This document shows positions 49,419 through 59,741 of a stretch of 64,000 nucleotides of DNA, in pieces. A program made the translations under genes and the position numbers. The number at the start of each line of letters is the position of its first letter. Position 1 is the first letter of the stretch. Source of the DNA: Rhodothermales bacterium (GTDB lineage: Bacteria; Bacteroidota; Rhodothermia; Rhodothermales; Bin80); the NCBI GenBank assembly GCA_965116685.1, contig OZ220707.1, positions 787,655 through 851,654 on the forward strand, written 5' to 3'. The notes below the pieces were generated by a model. The model was not told where the DNA came from and ran no database searches. It was given only the letters and a program-made list of their open reading frames with translations.

Positions 49419-50519
49419 ATGGTTGAACGCGTTGCCATCATTGGCATCGGCGTGATTGGCGGATCGCTTGCTCTGGCTTGGAAGGAGCGATTACCCGGGT
49501 TGCACGTCACTGGCTACGACAGGCCAGATGTCCTCAAGCAAGCAATTCAACGAGGATTGATCCACCATGCCCCCCCATCGCTGAGCGATGCCGTGTGTCA
49601 GGCGGATGCCGTATTTCTGGCCGTACCATTGGATGCAATGGCGCCGGTGATGAAGTCAATCGCTCCGCACCTGAAACCCAACACACTTGTGACGGATGTA
49701 GGCTCTGTGAAGCAGCCGGTCATCAACCAGGCAAATACCCTTCTGCCCGATAATGTCTGCTTTATTGGAGGCCATCCAATGACCGGGTCGGAGCGAAGCG
49801 GGCTGGATGGAGCAGATGCGTTCCTATTTGAAAATGCATTCTATATCCTTTGCCCCAATGGGATCGAGGATTCAAAATACTACCCCGCCCTTACCGGTTT
49901 GGTCGAAGGTGCGGGAGCCCGAGTATTAAAGCTGGATGCACACCAGCATGATCGCATTGTAGCTTGTGTCAGTCATCTGCCACAACTGCTTGCCACTGCT
50001 CTGGTAAATATTGCAGCAGATCAAAACCAAACGAATCCTATCACACTCCAGCTAGCCGCTGGTGGATTCAGGGATATGACACGAATTGCGTCTTCTCCGT
50101 TCAGAATGTGGTCTGCGGTGCTTGAAGCAAATCGATCAGATGTGGGCCTGGCCCTCAATTCGATGATCGATACATTGACCCATATCCAGGAACAACTCCG
50201 TGAGGGAGGAAACGTCCAGGAATTGGAGCCGGTCTTTGAGAAAGCACGTGCAGTACGGGAAAAAATACCACGGGACTTTAAAGGATTTTTGCGCCCCCTG
50301 AGTGAGGTTTTCGTATATGCAAAAGATCAGCCAGGAGTCTTGGCACACATCACAGGGACACTATTCAGCCAGGGAATCAGTATCAAGGACATTGAATTGC
50401 TCAAGATTCGTGAAGGATCAGGGGGAGCATTCAGAATCAGCCTAGAGGATGAGCATGCAGCCGATGCTGCCGTGGTTGCGTTAAAGGCACACGGATGTAG
50501 AGCTCATCGACTTCAATAA
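49419..50519 (+). CDS. tyrA: Prephenate dehydrogenase with C-terminal ACT-like domain
   Basis: It has the Rossmann motif VAIIGIGVIGGSLA, GGHPMTGSE and SHLPQLLA. The C-terminal ~70 aa are ACT-like. Confidence 0.85.
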   Translation: MVERVAIIGIGVIGGSLALAWKERLPGLHVTGYDRPDVLKQAIQRGLIHHAPPSLSDAVCQADAVFLAVPLDAMAPVMKSIAPHLKPNTLVTDVGSVKQPVINQANTLLPDNVCFIGGHPMTGSERSGLDGADAFLFENAFYILCPNGIEDSKYYPALTGLVEGAGARVLKLDAHQHDRIVACVSHLPQLLATALVNIAADQNQTNPITLQLAAGGFRDMTRIASSPFRMWSAVLEANRSDVGLALNSMIDTLTHIQEQLREGGNVQELEPVFEKARAVREKIPRDFKGFLRPLSEVFVYAKDQPGVLAHITGTLFSQGISIKDIELLKIREGSGGAFRISLEDEHAADAAVVALKAHGCRAHRLQ

Positions 50520-50531
50520 TCATCAATATCC

Positions 50532-51641
50532 ATGATTTTGACCACCCCTCTCAACGAAACCCATATTGCTTTGGGAGCACGTATGGTTGACTTTGCAGGT
50601 TACCGGATGCCGCTCCAATACACCAGTATTCTGCAAGAGCACATGGCGGTTCGCGAATCTGCCGGGCTTTTCGACGTAAGCCACATGGGCGAAATCTTTG
50701 CCATGGGGCCAAATGCACAGGCGTTCGTGCAGCAACTAATCACCAATGATATTTCCCAGATTGACATCGGACAGGCCGTCTACACTTTGATGTGCAACGA
50801 AGCTGGTGGTATCCTTGATGACCTTCTCGTGTACAGAGTGAACGTGGAAGCATTCATGCTCGTGGTCAATGCCGCCAATACAGCGAAGGATTTTGAATGG
50901 ATGCAGGCACACAACCCCATGAAGGCAGATCTGTATGATGTGTCTGAGCAAATGGCTCTGCTGGCACTGCAGGGATCCAGTTCTTTAGACATCGCGACCA
51001 AACTTATTGGAGACGAGATTCTGCAGCTGCCAAGCTATCACTTCCTGAAGCCTTCCCCGGGAGATTTCATGGGGTTCAACAAAGTGATTGTCTCCCGCAC
51101 AGGCTATACTGGAGATATCGGCCTTGAATTTTATGTAGAATCCGAAAATGCCTGTGCACTTTGGGATGCGATCATGAGCGCAGGTAAAAACTGCGCCCTC
51201 TATCCGGCAGGACTTGGAGCTCGAGATACACTCCGAATGGAGGCAGGATTCTGTCTCTATGGAAATGATTTGTCTGAAACGATCAATCCCTATGAGGCAC
51301 GACTGGGTTGGGTCACTAAACTGGACAAAGAAAAATTTATCGGACAGGAGGCACTGAAAGGGATCAAGGGCAACGGACCCAAACGCAAGCTGATTGGACT
51401 CATCATGAACGAACGGGGAATCCCTCGACCAGATTACCAAGTTGTCTCCCCATCCGGTGAACCGATAGGTACAGTAACCAGTGGATCTCTATCCCCTACT
51501 CTCGGCTGTGGTATCGCGTTCGCGTATGTGCAAAATACTCCTGCATTCACGACTCCGGGGCATCAATTAGGGGTTCGTGTTCGATCTCGAACATTATCCG
51601 CATCCGTACATCCATTCCCTTTTTACCGTAGGTCGGCGTAA
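50532..51641 (+). CDS. gcvT: Glycine cleavage system aminomethyltransferase T
   Basis: Motifs are GARMVDFAGYRMPLQY, HMAVRESAGLFDVSHMGE, SRTGYTGDIGLE and GLGARDTLRMEAG. Confidence 0.93.
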   Translation: MILTTPLNETHIALGARMVDFAGYRMPLQYTSILQEHMAVRESAGLFDVSHMGEIFAMGPNAQAFVQQLITNDISQIDIGQAVYTLMCNEAGGILDDLLVYRVNVEAFMLVVNAANTAKDFEWMQAHNPMKADLYDVSEQMALLALQGSSSLDIATKLIGDEILQLPSYHFLKPSPGDFMGFNKVIVSRTGYTGDIGLEFYVESENACALWDAIMSAGKNCALYPAGLGARDTLRMEAGFCLYGNDLSETINPYEARLGWVTKLDKEKFIGQEALKGIKGNGPKRKLIGLIMNERGIPRPDYQVVSPSGEPIGTVTSGSLSPTLGCGIAFAYVQNTPAFTTPGHQLGVRVRSRTLSASVHPFPFYRRSA

Positions 51642-51981
51642 CCAGGGCACCTATCTGTACTTTGTAAAATCTTTACAACCGCCGAATAGAGGCACATGAA
51701 TTTGGATGGATATTCGCAATAACTCTGGCATCCCTCGCACTGACCACCCAAACTGCGACGATCTTGCTTATGCAACTTCAAGAACATTAACCCTGGCCAC
51801 CAGAGAGTGAAAATCTTTCCTGTACTGTCCACCTACCCAAGTCATCGTAGAATTTGTTGATTCAACAGAGAGAAAACTACAATCCACCCAAGTATATTTT
51901 GCCTGCAATAGTCATCTTCCAGCAAAAAATTGCTATTTTGGTGCGATTTCCTAACCCGATGAATCACTCTGCTGCTCTTTA

Positions 51982-54378
51982 ATGGCTACTCCTAAAACCA
52001 ACCGGAGACGAAGCGATGCAGCTCCGTCCAAACCTAAAGCAAATCCTCGCACTGGACGCACAAAAGAGGTTCTCGGTGTGCTCATTCTACTATTGGGAAT
52101 CCTCCTTGGAACCAGTGGGATTACCTATTCAGCGTCAGATGATGCCCTGATTCAGGGTAGATCATTCTTTGAATTACTCTTCCCTGTTGAAACGATACCC
52201 CTCAACAACGCTGTCGGCCCGATCGGTGCATGGCTTGCATATGTGATCGTGCCTTCGTTCTTCGGATATGTCTCTCTGCTGCTGGTTCTCCACGTATTCC
52301 TCTATGGTTATATGGTCCTGAGGAAGCGTCCCCTGCGAGGTCTCGTGCCCTCAACTATACATTTGATTTGGATTGTCGCCCTGCTGGGGATTCTGCTTGG
52401 GCGTATCCATTTATCAGATCCGAACCTTGGAGTGGCAATATGGGCCGGTCAGTATGGCCAGTTAGCCGCCTCTTGGCTAAACAATGTTCTGGGCTGGCTG
52501 GGATCATGGATTATTCTCGGCGCCATCCTATTCATTGGACTACTACTGATGATTGACCAGGATATTCAGCACTGGCTGGATCGCGTGGAACGACTTTGGA
52601 AAGCCATTCCGAACGCCTTTCGCGAGCGCAAACAAAAAGATAAGACGGCACCGAAGACCAAGAAACCAGAAAAAGCCCGCCTGCGATCCACCTGGGAAAG
52701 TCTGGATAAAAAAATCCAATCCTCAACTAAACCTTCTCCAGACGATCAGGAGAGCGACTCGGAGCCCGTCGAAGATTCCAATGCCACATCGCAACAACCA
52801 TCTGCAGAAGAGACGGCCAAACTGGAACTGAGTGTCACCGGACAGATCACGGAGCAGACAGGGCGTAGCTCCCGGCCTCGACGCACGAAAATCGAGGGGG
52901 GACGCAAGTATAAATTCCCCCATTTCGATCTTCTGGATGCACCTTTGAAAACTGAGCAGGAGATTGATTATGATGAACTGGAGGAGAACAAGACGAAACT
53001 CGTTGAAAAACTTGCCCGCTACAAGATTGAAATTATTGCTGTAAATGCAAAAGTGGGACCTACAGTCACGCTTTATGAACTCACTCCTGCACCAGGTGTG
53101 AAGGTGAGCCGAATCAAGTCACTGGAAGACGATCTGGCAATGGTCATGGCTGCGCAAGGGATTCGGATGATTATCCCTATCCCGGGGAAATCTGCGGTGG
53201 GCGTCGAAATTCCCAATAGCCGCCGAGAACTCGTACGGGTCCAGTCCGTGCTGAATACAACTCGTTTCCAGCAATCAGAGATGGAACTGCCTGTCGTTCT
53301 AGGTAAAACCATTGAAGGCGAGATCTTTATAGAGGACCTGGCGAAAATGCCGCATCTCTTGATTGCAGGAGCTACTGGGTCTGGGAAATCTGTTGGCCTG
53401 AATACCCTGATTACCGGCCTCCTATATGCATGCGATCCATCTGACTTGAAATTTGTCATGGTGGACCCAAAAAAGATTGAGCTTCAACAGTACAAAGAGC
53501 TTGAGCAACATTTTCTTGCGATTCCAGAGGAAGGAACCGAAGCGATTATTACTGAAATTGCAGATGCTCTCGACATCCTTCGAGCCTGTGAGCGCGAAAT
53601 GAGCATCCGCTATGATCTCCTGAAAGAAGCTGGAGTCCGTGGAGTCAAGGATTATAATACCCGACTCGCGGAAGGAGAGTTTGATGCGGACAATGGCCAT
53701 AAACATCTCCCCTACATTGTCATCATTATTGATGAGCTGGCTGATCTCATGATGACGGCCGGCAAGGATGTTGAGGCTCCCATTGCGAGGCTCGCACAGA
53801 TGGCCCGTGCCGTGGGGATCCACTTGATCCTTGCTACGCAGCGCCCTTCGGTTGACGTGATTACCGGTCTCATAAAGGCAAATTTTCCCGCAAGGATTGC
53901 ATTTCAGGTTGCCTCCAAGGTCGATGCACGTACCATCCTTGATCAAAATGGGGCAGAGCAGCTGGTTGGCAATGGAGATATGTTGTATATGAAAGGCAGT
54001 AAGGTCCTGAGATTGCAAGGCCCTTTTGTTTCTGTTAAAGAGATTGATCGTCTTATGCACTACATCCAGGAACAGCCGGGACCGGGCCCCTATCGACTGC
54101 CGAAAGTCGAAGATGAACTTGTTGTGCCTTCCTCAGATCAAGCATCCAGCAATGGAGACGTGGATGAACTCTTCGAAGAAGCAGCAAGAATCATTGTGCG
54201 TAGCCAACAAGGCTCCGTTTCACTGATTCAACGTAAGTTATCGATTGGCTATACGCGGGCTGCCCGTATTGTTGATCAACTCGAACAGGCTGGAATCGTT
54301 GGAACCTTTGCCGGGGGCAAAGCCCGTGAAGTACTTGTACCCGACGAAGTCACGCTTGAAAGACTTTTGCGTAATTGA
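51982..54378 (+). CDS. ftsK: DNA translocase FtsK
   Basis: It has N-terminal TM helices, a Pro/Ser/Lys-rich linker, the motor domain with Walker A GATGSGKSVGLN and Walker B IVIIIDELADL, and a C-terminal gamma domain SVSLIQRKLSIGYTRAARIVDQLE. Confidence 0.93.
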   Translation: MATPKTNRRRSDAAPSKPKANPRTGRTKEVLGVLILLLGILLGTSGITYSASDDALIQGRSFFELLFPVETIPLNNAVGPIGAWLAYVIVPSFFGYVSLLLVLHVFLYGYMVLRKRPLRGLVPSTIHLIWIVALLGILLGRIHLSDPNLGVAIWAGQYGQLAASWLNNVLGWLGSWIILGAILFIGLLLMIDQDIQHWLDRVERLWKAIPNAFRERKQKDKTAPKTKKPEKARLRSTWESLDKKIQSSTKPSPDDQESDSEPVEDSNATSQQPSAEETAKLELSVTGQITEQTGRSSRPRRTKIEGGRKYKFPHFDLLDAPLKTEQEIDYDELEENKTKLVEKLARYKIEIIAVNAKVGPTVTLYELTPAPGVKVSRIKSLEDDLAMVMAAQGIRMIIPIPGKSAVGVEIPNSRRELVRVQSVLNTTRFQQSEMELPVVLGKTIEGEIFIEDLAKMPHLLIAGATGSGKSVGLNTLITGLLYACDPSDLKFVMVDPKKIELQQYKELEQHFLAIPEEGTEAIITEIADALDILRACEREMSIRYDLLKEAGVRGVKDYNTRLAEGEFDADNGHKHLPYIVIIIDELADLMMTAGKDVEAPIARLAQMARAVGIHLILATQRPSVDVITGLIKANFPARIAFQVASKVDARTILDQNGAEQLVGNGDMLYMKGSKVLRLQGPFVSVKEIDRLMHYIQEQPGPGPYRLPKVEDELVVPSSDQASSNGDVDELFEEAARIIVRSQQGSVSLIQRKLSIGYTRAARIVDQLEQAGIVGTFAGGKAREVLVPDEVTLERLLRN

Positions 54379-54398
54379 CCTATTTTTGAACTATTGTC

Positions 54399-54908
54399 AT
54401 GTCCTCTGTAACCTCTCCTCTGGTAGGAATCTTAATGGGAAGTGATTCTGATCTTCCCGTCATGCGTAAAGCAACAGATATTCTGAAATCATTCGATATC
54501 CCCTTCGAAATACGCGTAATGAGCGCCCATCGTACGCCTGATCGTGCACACGAATACGCAACGACTGCACATACCCGTGGAATCAAAGTTTTGATTGCCG
54601 GTGCAGGTGTAGCAGCCCATCTCGCGGGAGTTCTGGCTGCCAATACACCACTGCCTGTACTTGGTGTCCCGATTAACTCAGGTGCACTCCAGGGGCTCGA
54701 TGCCCTCCTGGCTACCGTCCAGATGCCGAGTGGGATTCCTGTAGCCTCCCTTGCGATTGACGGCTCAAAAAATGCAGCTCTCCTGGCGGTTCAGATCCTT
54801 GCCACTTCGGATGTCGTGCTTCAAAAGCGTTTCCTCGACTACAAAGCAGCGATGCTTGATGAAGTGAGTGCGAAAGATCAGCGAGTTCAGGAATTGATCT
54901 TTGGTTGA
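54399..54908 (+). CDS. purE: 5-(carboxyamino)imidazole ribonucleotide mutase
   Basis: VGILMGSDSDLPVM, SAHRTPD and AGVAAHLAGVLAANT..PVLGVP are canonical PurE motifs. Confidence 0.95.
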   Translation: MSSVTSPLVGILMGSDSDLPVMRKATDILKSFDIPFEIRVMSAHRTPDRAHEYATTAHTRGIKVLIAGAGVAAHLAGVLAANTPLPVLGVPINSGALQGLDALLATVQMPSGIPVASLAIDGSKNAALLAVQILATSDVVLQKRFLDYKAAMLDEVSAKDQRVQELIFG

Positions 54909-54968
54909 TTCTATCTGCTTCGTGCGCTTAGTACTACGGATTCGAAACAGGCTCAGGAGCCAGATTCC

Positions 54969-54997
54969 ACAAAGCGTGGGAAGGCTCTAGGTTATAT
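54969..54997. repeat. 29-bp target site duplication, left copy, flanking the IS1634-family element
   Basis: acaaagcgtgggaaggctctaggttatat is repeated exactly at 59713..59741. It contains the stop codon and last codons of mgtE (minus strand). Confidence 0.85.
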
Positions 54998-55146
54998 CCT
55001 GACTTTGACGGTTTCGATTTTTCCAGGTACAAAACCACTGTTTCCGTGCTTTCTGGGAGGTTTTTTTTTGGCCTTCCTGTGTAGTGTTCAGTCTTGCTTT
55101 TTAATTGTATTTTTCGTATCTTTGTAATTCACCAACCAACTGTGTC

Positions 55147-56666
55147 ATGTGGGTCCGAGAACTCAAACGAAAAACCACGAAAAACATCTCTGTCCAGATT
55201 GTTGAGAGCTACCGTAATAAGGAAAGAAAGCCGCGGGTTCGTATCGTCCGACACATGGGAAGCGTTCACCCGGATGCAGTGGACGGTCTGGTTAAAATTG
55301 CCTATCTGGAATTAGCTCGGATCCAAGAAGACCTGCAACCCTCCTTATTTCCTGCAGAGTCTTATGTAGACGAGGTGGTGGCTGCCCGCAGAAAAAAACG
55401 GGAGTCGAAGGCACTGGTGATCAAAGATGCACGGAAGCTGGAGGAAATACGGCGCATCTGTCTGGGCTTTCACGAGGTCATGGGGGCCCTGTATCACCAG
55501 ATGCGGTTTACAGAGGTCTTTGATCGCCGTCAGAAGATGTCTCGTCGTCTGTTCAAGCAAGCGGTTTTACTTCGTCTGGCTGCACCTGGGGATAGTAAAC
55601 TGGCCCATGCACGGCAGATGTCCAAGGATGCGGGGGTGGACGTTCCGGTGGAGAAGTTCTATCGGATGATGGATGCCGTCACGGACGACCGAATTGAACA
55701 GATGAAGCAGCTGGTCTCCAACGAGACGCTCGGCATGCTTGGCGGGAAACTGAAGGTGCTGTTTTTTGATGTGACGACATTGAGCTTTGCCAGTGAGTTG
55801 CCGGATGAGCTACGCAAGAAAGGGTTTAGCAAGGATGGGAAGCCCAAAAAGGTTCAGTTGGTCTTGGCATTGATCCAAACCCAAGAAGGGCTTCCGGTCA
55901 CGTACGAACTCTTTCCCGGCAATACCACCGATGTAAAGACGCTTGAACCGGCGATGACGCGCCTCAAAGAATGTTTTGATTTGGATCGGATGATTGTCGT
56001 TGCCGATTCAGGGATGTTGAGCAAGGAGAATTTAGCGTTGTTGCAAAGTCTGGGCTGTGACTATATCGTGGCTGCACGTTTACGGTCATTAAATCAACTC
56101 CACACCAAGACGATTCTCGGGGCACAGTCTTGGAAGGTTTTAACGACGGGTCGTAAGGTTACCGAACACAAACTTGGTGGTCGACGCTTGATTTTGCGCT
56201 ATTGTCCAAAGAAGGCAGCTCGGGATGTACATTCACGGGAGAAGGCAATTGAGAAGGTGAAGAATCGTTTGAAACAGGGGGTCAAGGGCACCGGCAGAAG
56301 TGGTCGATTTCTGAAGGTGAAGCAGGATGGAGTGAGCTTAGATCAAGCAGCGATTGTTCGGGATGAGAAGTTTGATGGGCTGCATGGGGTCTGGACGAGT
56401 CTGGAGGATCTGACTCCAGAACAAGTCTATCAACATTATGGAGAGTTATGGCGAATTGAAGAAGGTTTTCGTGTGATGAAACACACCATGGCGATCCGGC
56501 CCATCTTTCACTGGGTCGAGCGTCGGGTGCGTGCCCATATTGCAATCTGTTTTGTTGCATTTGCCCTGTTACGGATCTTCCGACACCGATATAATGCGAG
56601 GTTTGGTTCAAAACATCGCCTGAGTGAAGGGCAGATTTTAGCAGAACTTGGTGCGGTGGAAACCTC
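55147..56666 (+). pseudogene. IS1634-family transposase, N-terminal ~507 codons (interrupted by IS21 insertion)
   Basis: MWVRELKRKTTKNISVQIVESYRNKERKPRVRIVRHMGS is the typical IS1634-family N-terminus. It also carries a DDE-type IS4-like core (VVADSGMLS, YGELWRIEEGFRVMK). The frame runs into the IS21 end and stops at TAA 56671-56673. Confidence 0.85.
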
Positions 56667-56966
56667 TGTTTAACGACAATTAAAATTTACTTCAACGACA
56701 ATTAAAAGTTTCCTAAAAGTTTCCTTTCAGTTCTATTGGAGGCGGGCGCGCAACGAAGCGGAGCAGCGAGCTGCGGAGCGAAGTTGCGCGCGATAAATCC
56801 CACGAGTTTCGTCTGCGCCCGGACTGACAAATTGTCAGTTCTAGGTGGACACGAACCAGGTGCGATGGAGGTGAATTTATGTTCGAGAGATTCATCAATT
56901 GTACATTCAGGAGGTCTCGGTTTCTGGTCAATCCCGCCTGATGGTATTTGGATTTGATTTGGGACT

Positions 56967-57843
56967 TTAAACTGGCGCGATCCCGCGTAAAACGCAAATA
57001 CTGTTGCACCCCAATCTTAAAGAATTCGCCTTCTGCCGCTGTTGCGCCGCTTCAAGTCGATAGCTCGGCAGGTTGAGTTCGAGGATCACACTGTGATGCA
57101 CAAACCGGTCCACGGCCGCCGTTGTGACCGTGGGGTCCTGGAAGATCTTGCACAAACCGGTCCACGGCCGCCGTTGTGACCGTGGGGTCCTGGAAGATCT
57201 TCTCCCACTGGGAGAAGGCCAAGTGACTGGTAATCAACAGGCTTCCGCGTTCGTAGCGCTCCGCCAGTACGTGAAAAAACAGGTCCATCTCCTGGCGACT
57301 GTGCTGCATATAGCCCAACCCGTCCACGATGAGGGCTTCGTAGCGCAGGAGCTGTTTCATGAACTCTGACAGGCGCTGCTCACGCTTGGACTGGACCAAT
57401 TCCTCCACCAGCGTACTGCATCCATAAAAGCGTACGCGCCGACCTTGAAGCACGAGCGCATGCCCCAGCGCACAGACCAGATGCGTCTTTCCACTGCCCG
57501 GCGGACCCACGGCCAACACGTTTTCGCTTCGATCCAGGAACCCGCCTTCCAGCAGCATACTAAACTGATGATTGATCTTCAGAGGCAATCGGGTTCGGTC
57601 AAACAGGTCCAGGGTCTTTTCCAGAGGTAAGCCGGAGTTACGAAGCCCGCGTTGAATGCGATTGTGGGTCCGCACTTGCTGTTCCCGTTCCACGAGTGAC
57701 AATAAAAAGCGCTCAAAGCTCAACGATTCCTGCCGCGCGAGCTGGGCCGCATCCTGAAAAGAATTCCGAATGCCCGGCATCCGGAGTTCTTTCAGTCCAG
57801 TCCACAAGGCATGCTCCAGTTCTTGGGTCGTTTGCGTCTTCAT
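56967..57843 (-). pseudogene. istB: IS21-family helper ATPase IstB, frameshifted by a 52-bp tandem duplication
   Basis: Walker A is GPPGSGKTH. Walker B reads LIVDGLGY (Gly where Glu is usual). After ...AAVDRFV the listed ORF leaves the family frame. The authentic C-terminus HHSVILELNLPSYRLEAA is in the separate ORF 56967..57155. Confidence 0.85.
57098..57201. repeat. Perfect tandem duplication, 2 x 52 bp, inside istB
   Basis: gcacaaaccggtccacggccgccgttgtgaccgtggggtcctggaagatctt occurs at 57098-57149 and again at 57150-57201. 52 is not a multiple of 3. Confidence 0.95.
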
Positions 57844-59324
57844 TGCACACCTCCCACCGCCGCAGGTTGATCCAGCAACTGGTCATATACGGCCACCTTC
57901 ACAATGGATGAGGCAGGAGTCGGGGCATCTAACCACGCCTGCACCTGCGCCGTGGTCAGGGGCTTCTTGTCATTCAGCAGCCGGTCCAGGGCATGGGTCA
58001 CCCCGGATTCGCTCTCGGTTGCAGCCAGAACCAAAATGGCCAGATAGGCCCGGTCGGCCCGGATCGAAGCCGTATGCGTGCGTCGGAGTGCGTCATACGC
58101 CCTGCGAAATGTTGAATTGGGGAATAACTCGGCACGATAGCGATAATCTGCAAAGGCCCCGGGCTTACGGACCAGGCTATGCACAATATGACGATAGTCA
58201 ATCTGAGTCTCGCCTTCTCCGTGCAGACGCGGCATCCACACCATCTGTTTTTGGGCGTACCACACCTCAATCCATTCACCATACACGCGGACTTCAACCT
58301 GAACCCCAATCAGTCGACTTGGGACCGAATACCGGTTCTTCTGTACACGAATCGTGCTGCCGTTGGAGACCCGTACCGTCGCGCGCCGATGGAACCTCAA
58401 AGGTCGAAAAGGCAATGCACGCAAGTGCGCCTGTTCTTCTTTGAAACGTGCCTGCCGGGACGCATTCAACTGCTGAAACAGTGTATCCAAAAATGCGCTA
58501 TAGTCCTTCCGACTGGCAAAATTGCGACTCCCACGCAGAATCAGCTGATTCTCCAGCGCGCGCTTGAATCGATGATGCCGCTGTTCAATCTTGCCATTCT
58601 CATGCGGACTCCGCGGCTGCGTATGCCGGATCTCTATACCGTAATGACGCGCCAGCGCTTCATAGTGCTGCGTGAAACTGCCCCGTTCGGCGCCTCGGTG
58701 GTTGCGGACCGCACAACTCATGGAGTCCGTCTGGTGTAGCCGCGGGACTCCACCCAGTTGCGAGAACGCCTTCTGCAGTCCTGCACTGAGCGCTTCAAAA
58801 CTCTCGGACCGGCAGATCATGCCGGATTCCCAATTGGAATACGCCAGCACAAAGTGATACAGCAAATGGGGAAAGGGTTCGCCCTGGATCGTCACGCCCA
58901 GATGGTTCATCCACGTGAAATCGGACTGGGCCCGATCCCCAGGTGCATACACCTGCTCGAAATAGACTTCTTTCGGGGGGCCTTCCTGCGCCCTCCATAC
59001 CTTCACACGACGTTGCAGGGTGCGCAACTGTCCCGGCTTGAACTGACCGGGGTACGTGCGTTGCAAATGGGTAAACAGAGCGTTCACCTCAAGCCCCGGG
59101 TTCGCCTGCAAGTATCCCACGACTTCGTCCCAAACCTGGGCAAATGCATCCGTACGCGTTCGATGCGTACGACGATAATCTCGCTCGCTCGGAAGCTTCT
59201 GCGAACGAAGATATTTGCGCGCCGTCGGCGCGCTCATGCCCGCCTTTGCAGCGGATGTTTTGACTGACATGTTGTCTTCTTGTACCAATTTTCTTAAAAG
59301 TTTTGCTTGCTGATCTGTAATCAT
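57840..59324 (-). CDS. istA: IS21-family transposase IstA
   Basis: 494 aa. It has an N-terminal HTH (MSVKTSAAKAGMSAPTARKYL) and a DDE integrase-core region (DFTWMN...HQTDSMS...). There is a 4-nt overlap with istB. Confidence 0.9.
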   Translation of the reverse strand: MITDQQAKLLRKLVQEDNMSVKTSAAKAGMSAPTARKYLRSQKLPSERDYRRTHRTRTDAFAQVWDEVVGYLQANPGLEVNALFTHLQRTYPGQFKPGQLRTLQRRVKVWRAQEGPPKEVYFEQVYAPGDRAQSDFTWMNHLGVTIQGEPFPHLLYHFVLAYSNWESGMICRSESFEALSAGLQKAFSQLGGVPRLHQTDSMSCAVRNHRGAERGSFTQHYEALARHYGIEIRHTQPRSPHENGKIEQRHHRFKRALENQLILRGSRNFASRKDYSAFLDTLFQQLNASRQARFKEEQAHLRALPFRPLRFHRRATVRVSNGSTIRVQKNRYSVPSRLIGVQVEVRVYGEWIEVWYAQKQMVWMPRLHGEGETQIDYRHIVHSLVRKPGAFADYRYRAELFPNSTFRRAYDALRRTHTASIRADRAYLAILVLAATESESGVTHALDRLLNDKKPLTTAQVQAWLDAPTPASSIVKVAVYDQLLDQPAAVGGVQ

Positions 59325-59449
59325 CGCCAGAGACTGAATGGAAAATAATTCGCACGTTCACGCACGAAAACTCCATTCGTCCCAACGAAACTGAAAGGAA
59401 ACTTTTAATTGTCGCCGGTGAAACTTTTAATTGTCGTTGGACAAACCTC

Positions 59450-59588
59450 CATGATTTGTGATCGAGGCAATCGGGCAGAATACCTTCTTCCATCGAAGGT
59501 TACCGAAACGAGCGGGCGCCTATACCAGGCAATCGGTTTGACGATACAGCGCCAGACCGTGCTGTTCAAAGAGGGGACGACCTCCTAA
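59450..59588 (+). pseudogene. IS1634-family transposase, displaced C-terminal ~46 codons
   Basis: Removing 56667..59449 (the IS21 element plus one TSD copy) joins ...AVET-S to MICDRGNRAEYLLPSKVTETSGRLYQAIGLTIQRQTVLFKEGTTS-stop in the same frame. Checked by hand. Confidence 0.75.
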
Positions 59589-59712
59589 ATCAAGCGTCCC
59601 ATTCGGTCTCAATCTTCATCATTCCGCCCTGAAAAGGGGGATTGGTAGTGTTCAGTTTTCCCGGAAATCCCACTCCAGAACCCCTCTGACGGAGGTAACC
59701 GTCGAAGTCAAG

Positions 59713-59741
59713 ACAAAGCGTGGGAAGGCTCTAGGTTATAT
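59713..59741. repeat. 29-bp target site duplication, right copy
   Basis: It is an exact copy of 54969..54997 and overlaps the functional 3' end and stop codon (59736-59738) of mgtE. Confidence 0.85.

Larger units (their letters stand above)
56667..59443 (-). mobile_element. IS21-family insertion sequence (istA-istB), 2777 bp
   Basis: The terminal inverted repeats are TGTTTAACGACAATTAAAA (56667-56685) and the reverse complement of 59425-59443, TGTCCAACGACAATTAAAA. Additional sub-terminal copies of AACGACAATTAAAAG are present at both ends (multiple IstA sites). A 6-bp TSD, AACCTC, sits at 56661-56666 and 59444-59449. Confidence 0.9.
54998..59712 (+). mobile_element. IS1634-family insertion sequence, itself interrupted by an IS21-family element (about 1.93 kb without the insert)
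   Basis: The terminal inverted repeats are CCTGACTTTGACGGTTTC (54998-) and, on the reverse complement of the right end, CTTGACTTCGACGGTTAC (-59712). It is flanked by an exact 29-bp direct repeat. The single transposase frame is split at 56666/59450. Confidence 0.85.

Noticed and set aside
56713-57009. 98-aa minus-strand ORF in the IS21 region downstream of istB
   Set aside because: It overlaps the authentic istB C-terminal frame and the sub-terminal repeat region of the IS. It has no family resemblance. The GC-rich inverted repeat gcgcgcaac...gttgcgcgc here looks like an element-internal structure rather than a gene.
54969-59741. The 29-bp direct repeats as att sites of an integrase-mobilised island
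   Set aside because: The content between them is fully explained by two transposable elements with their own inverted repeats. IS1634-family elements are known to generate long duplications, and no integrase is present.
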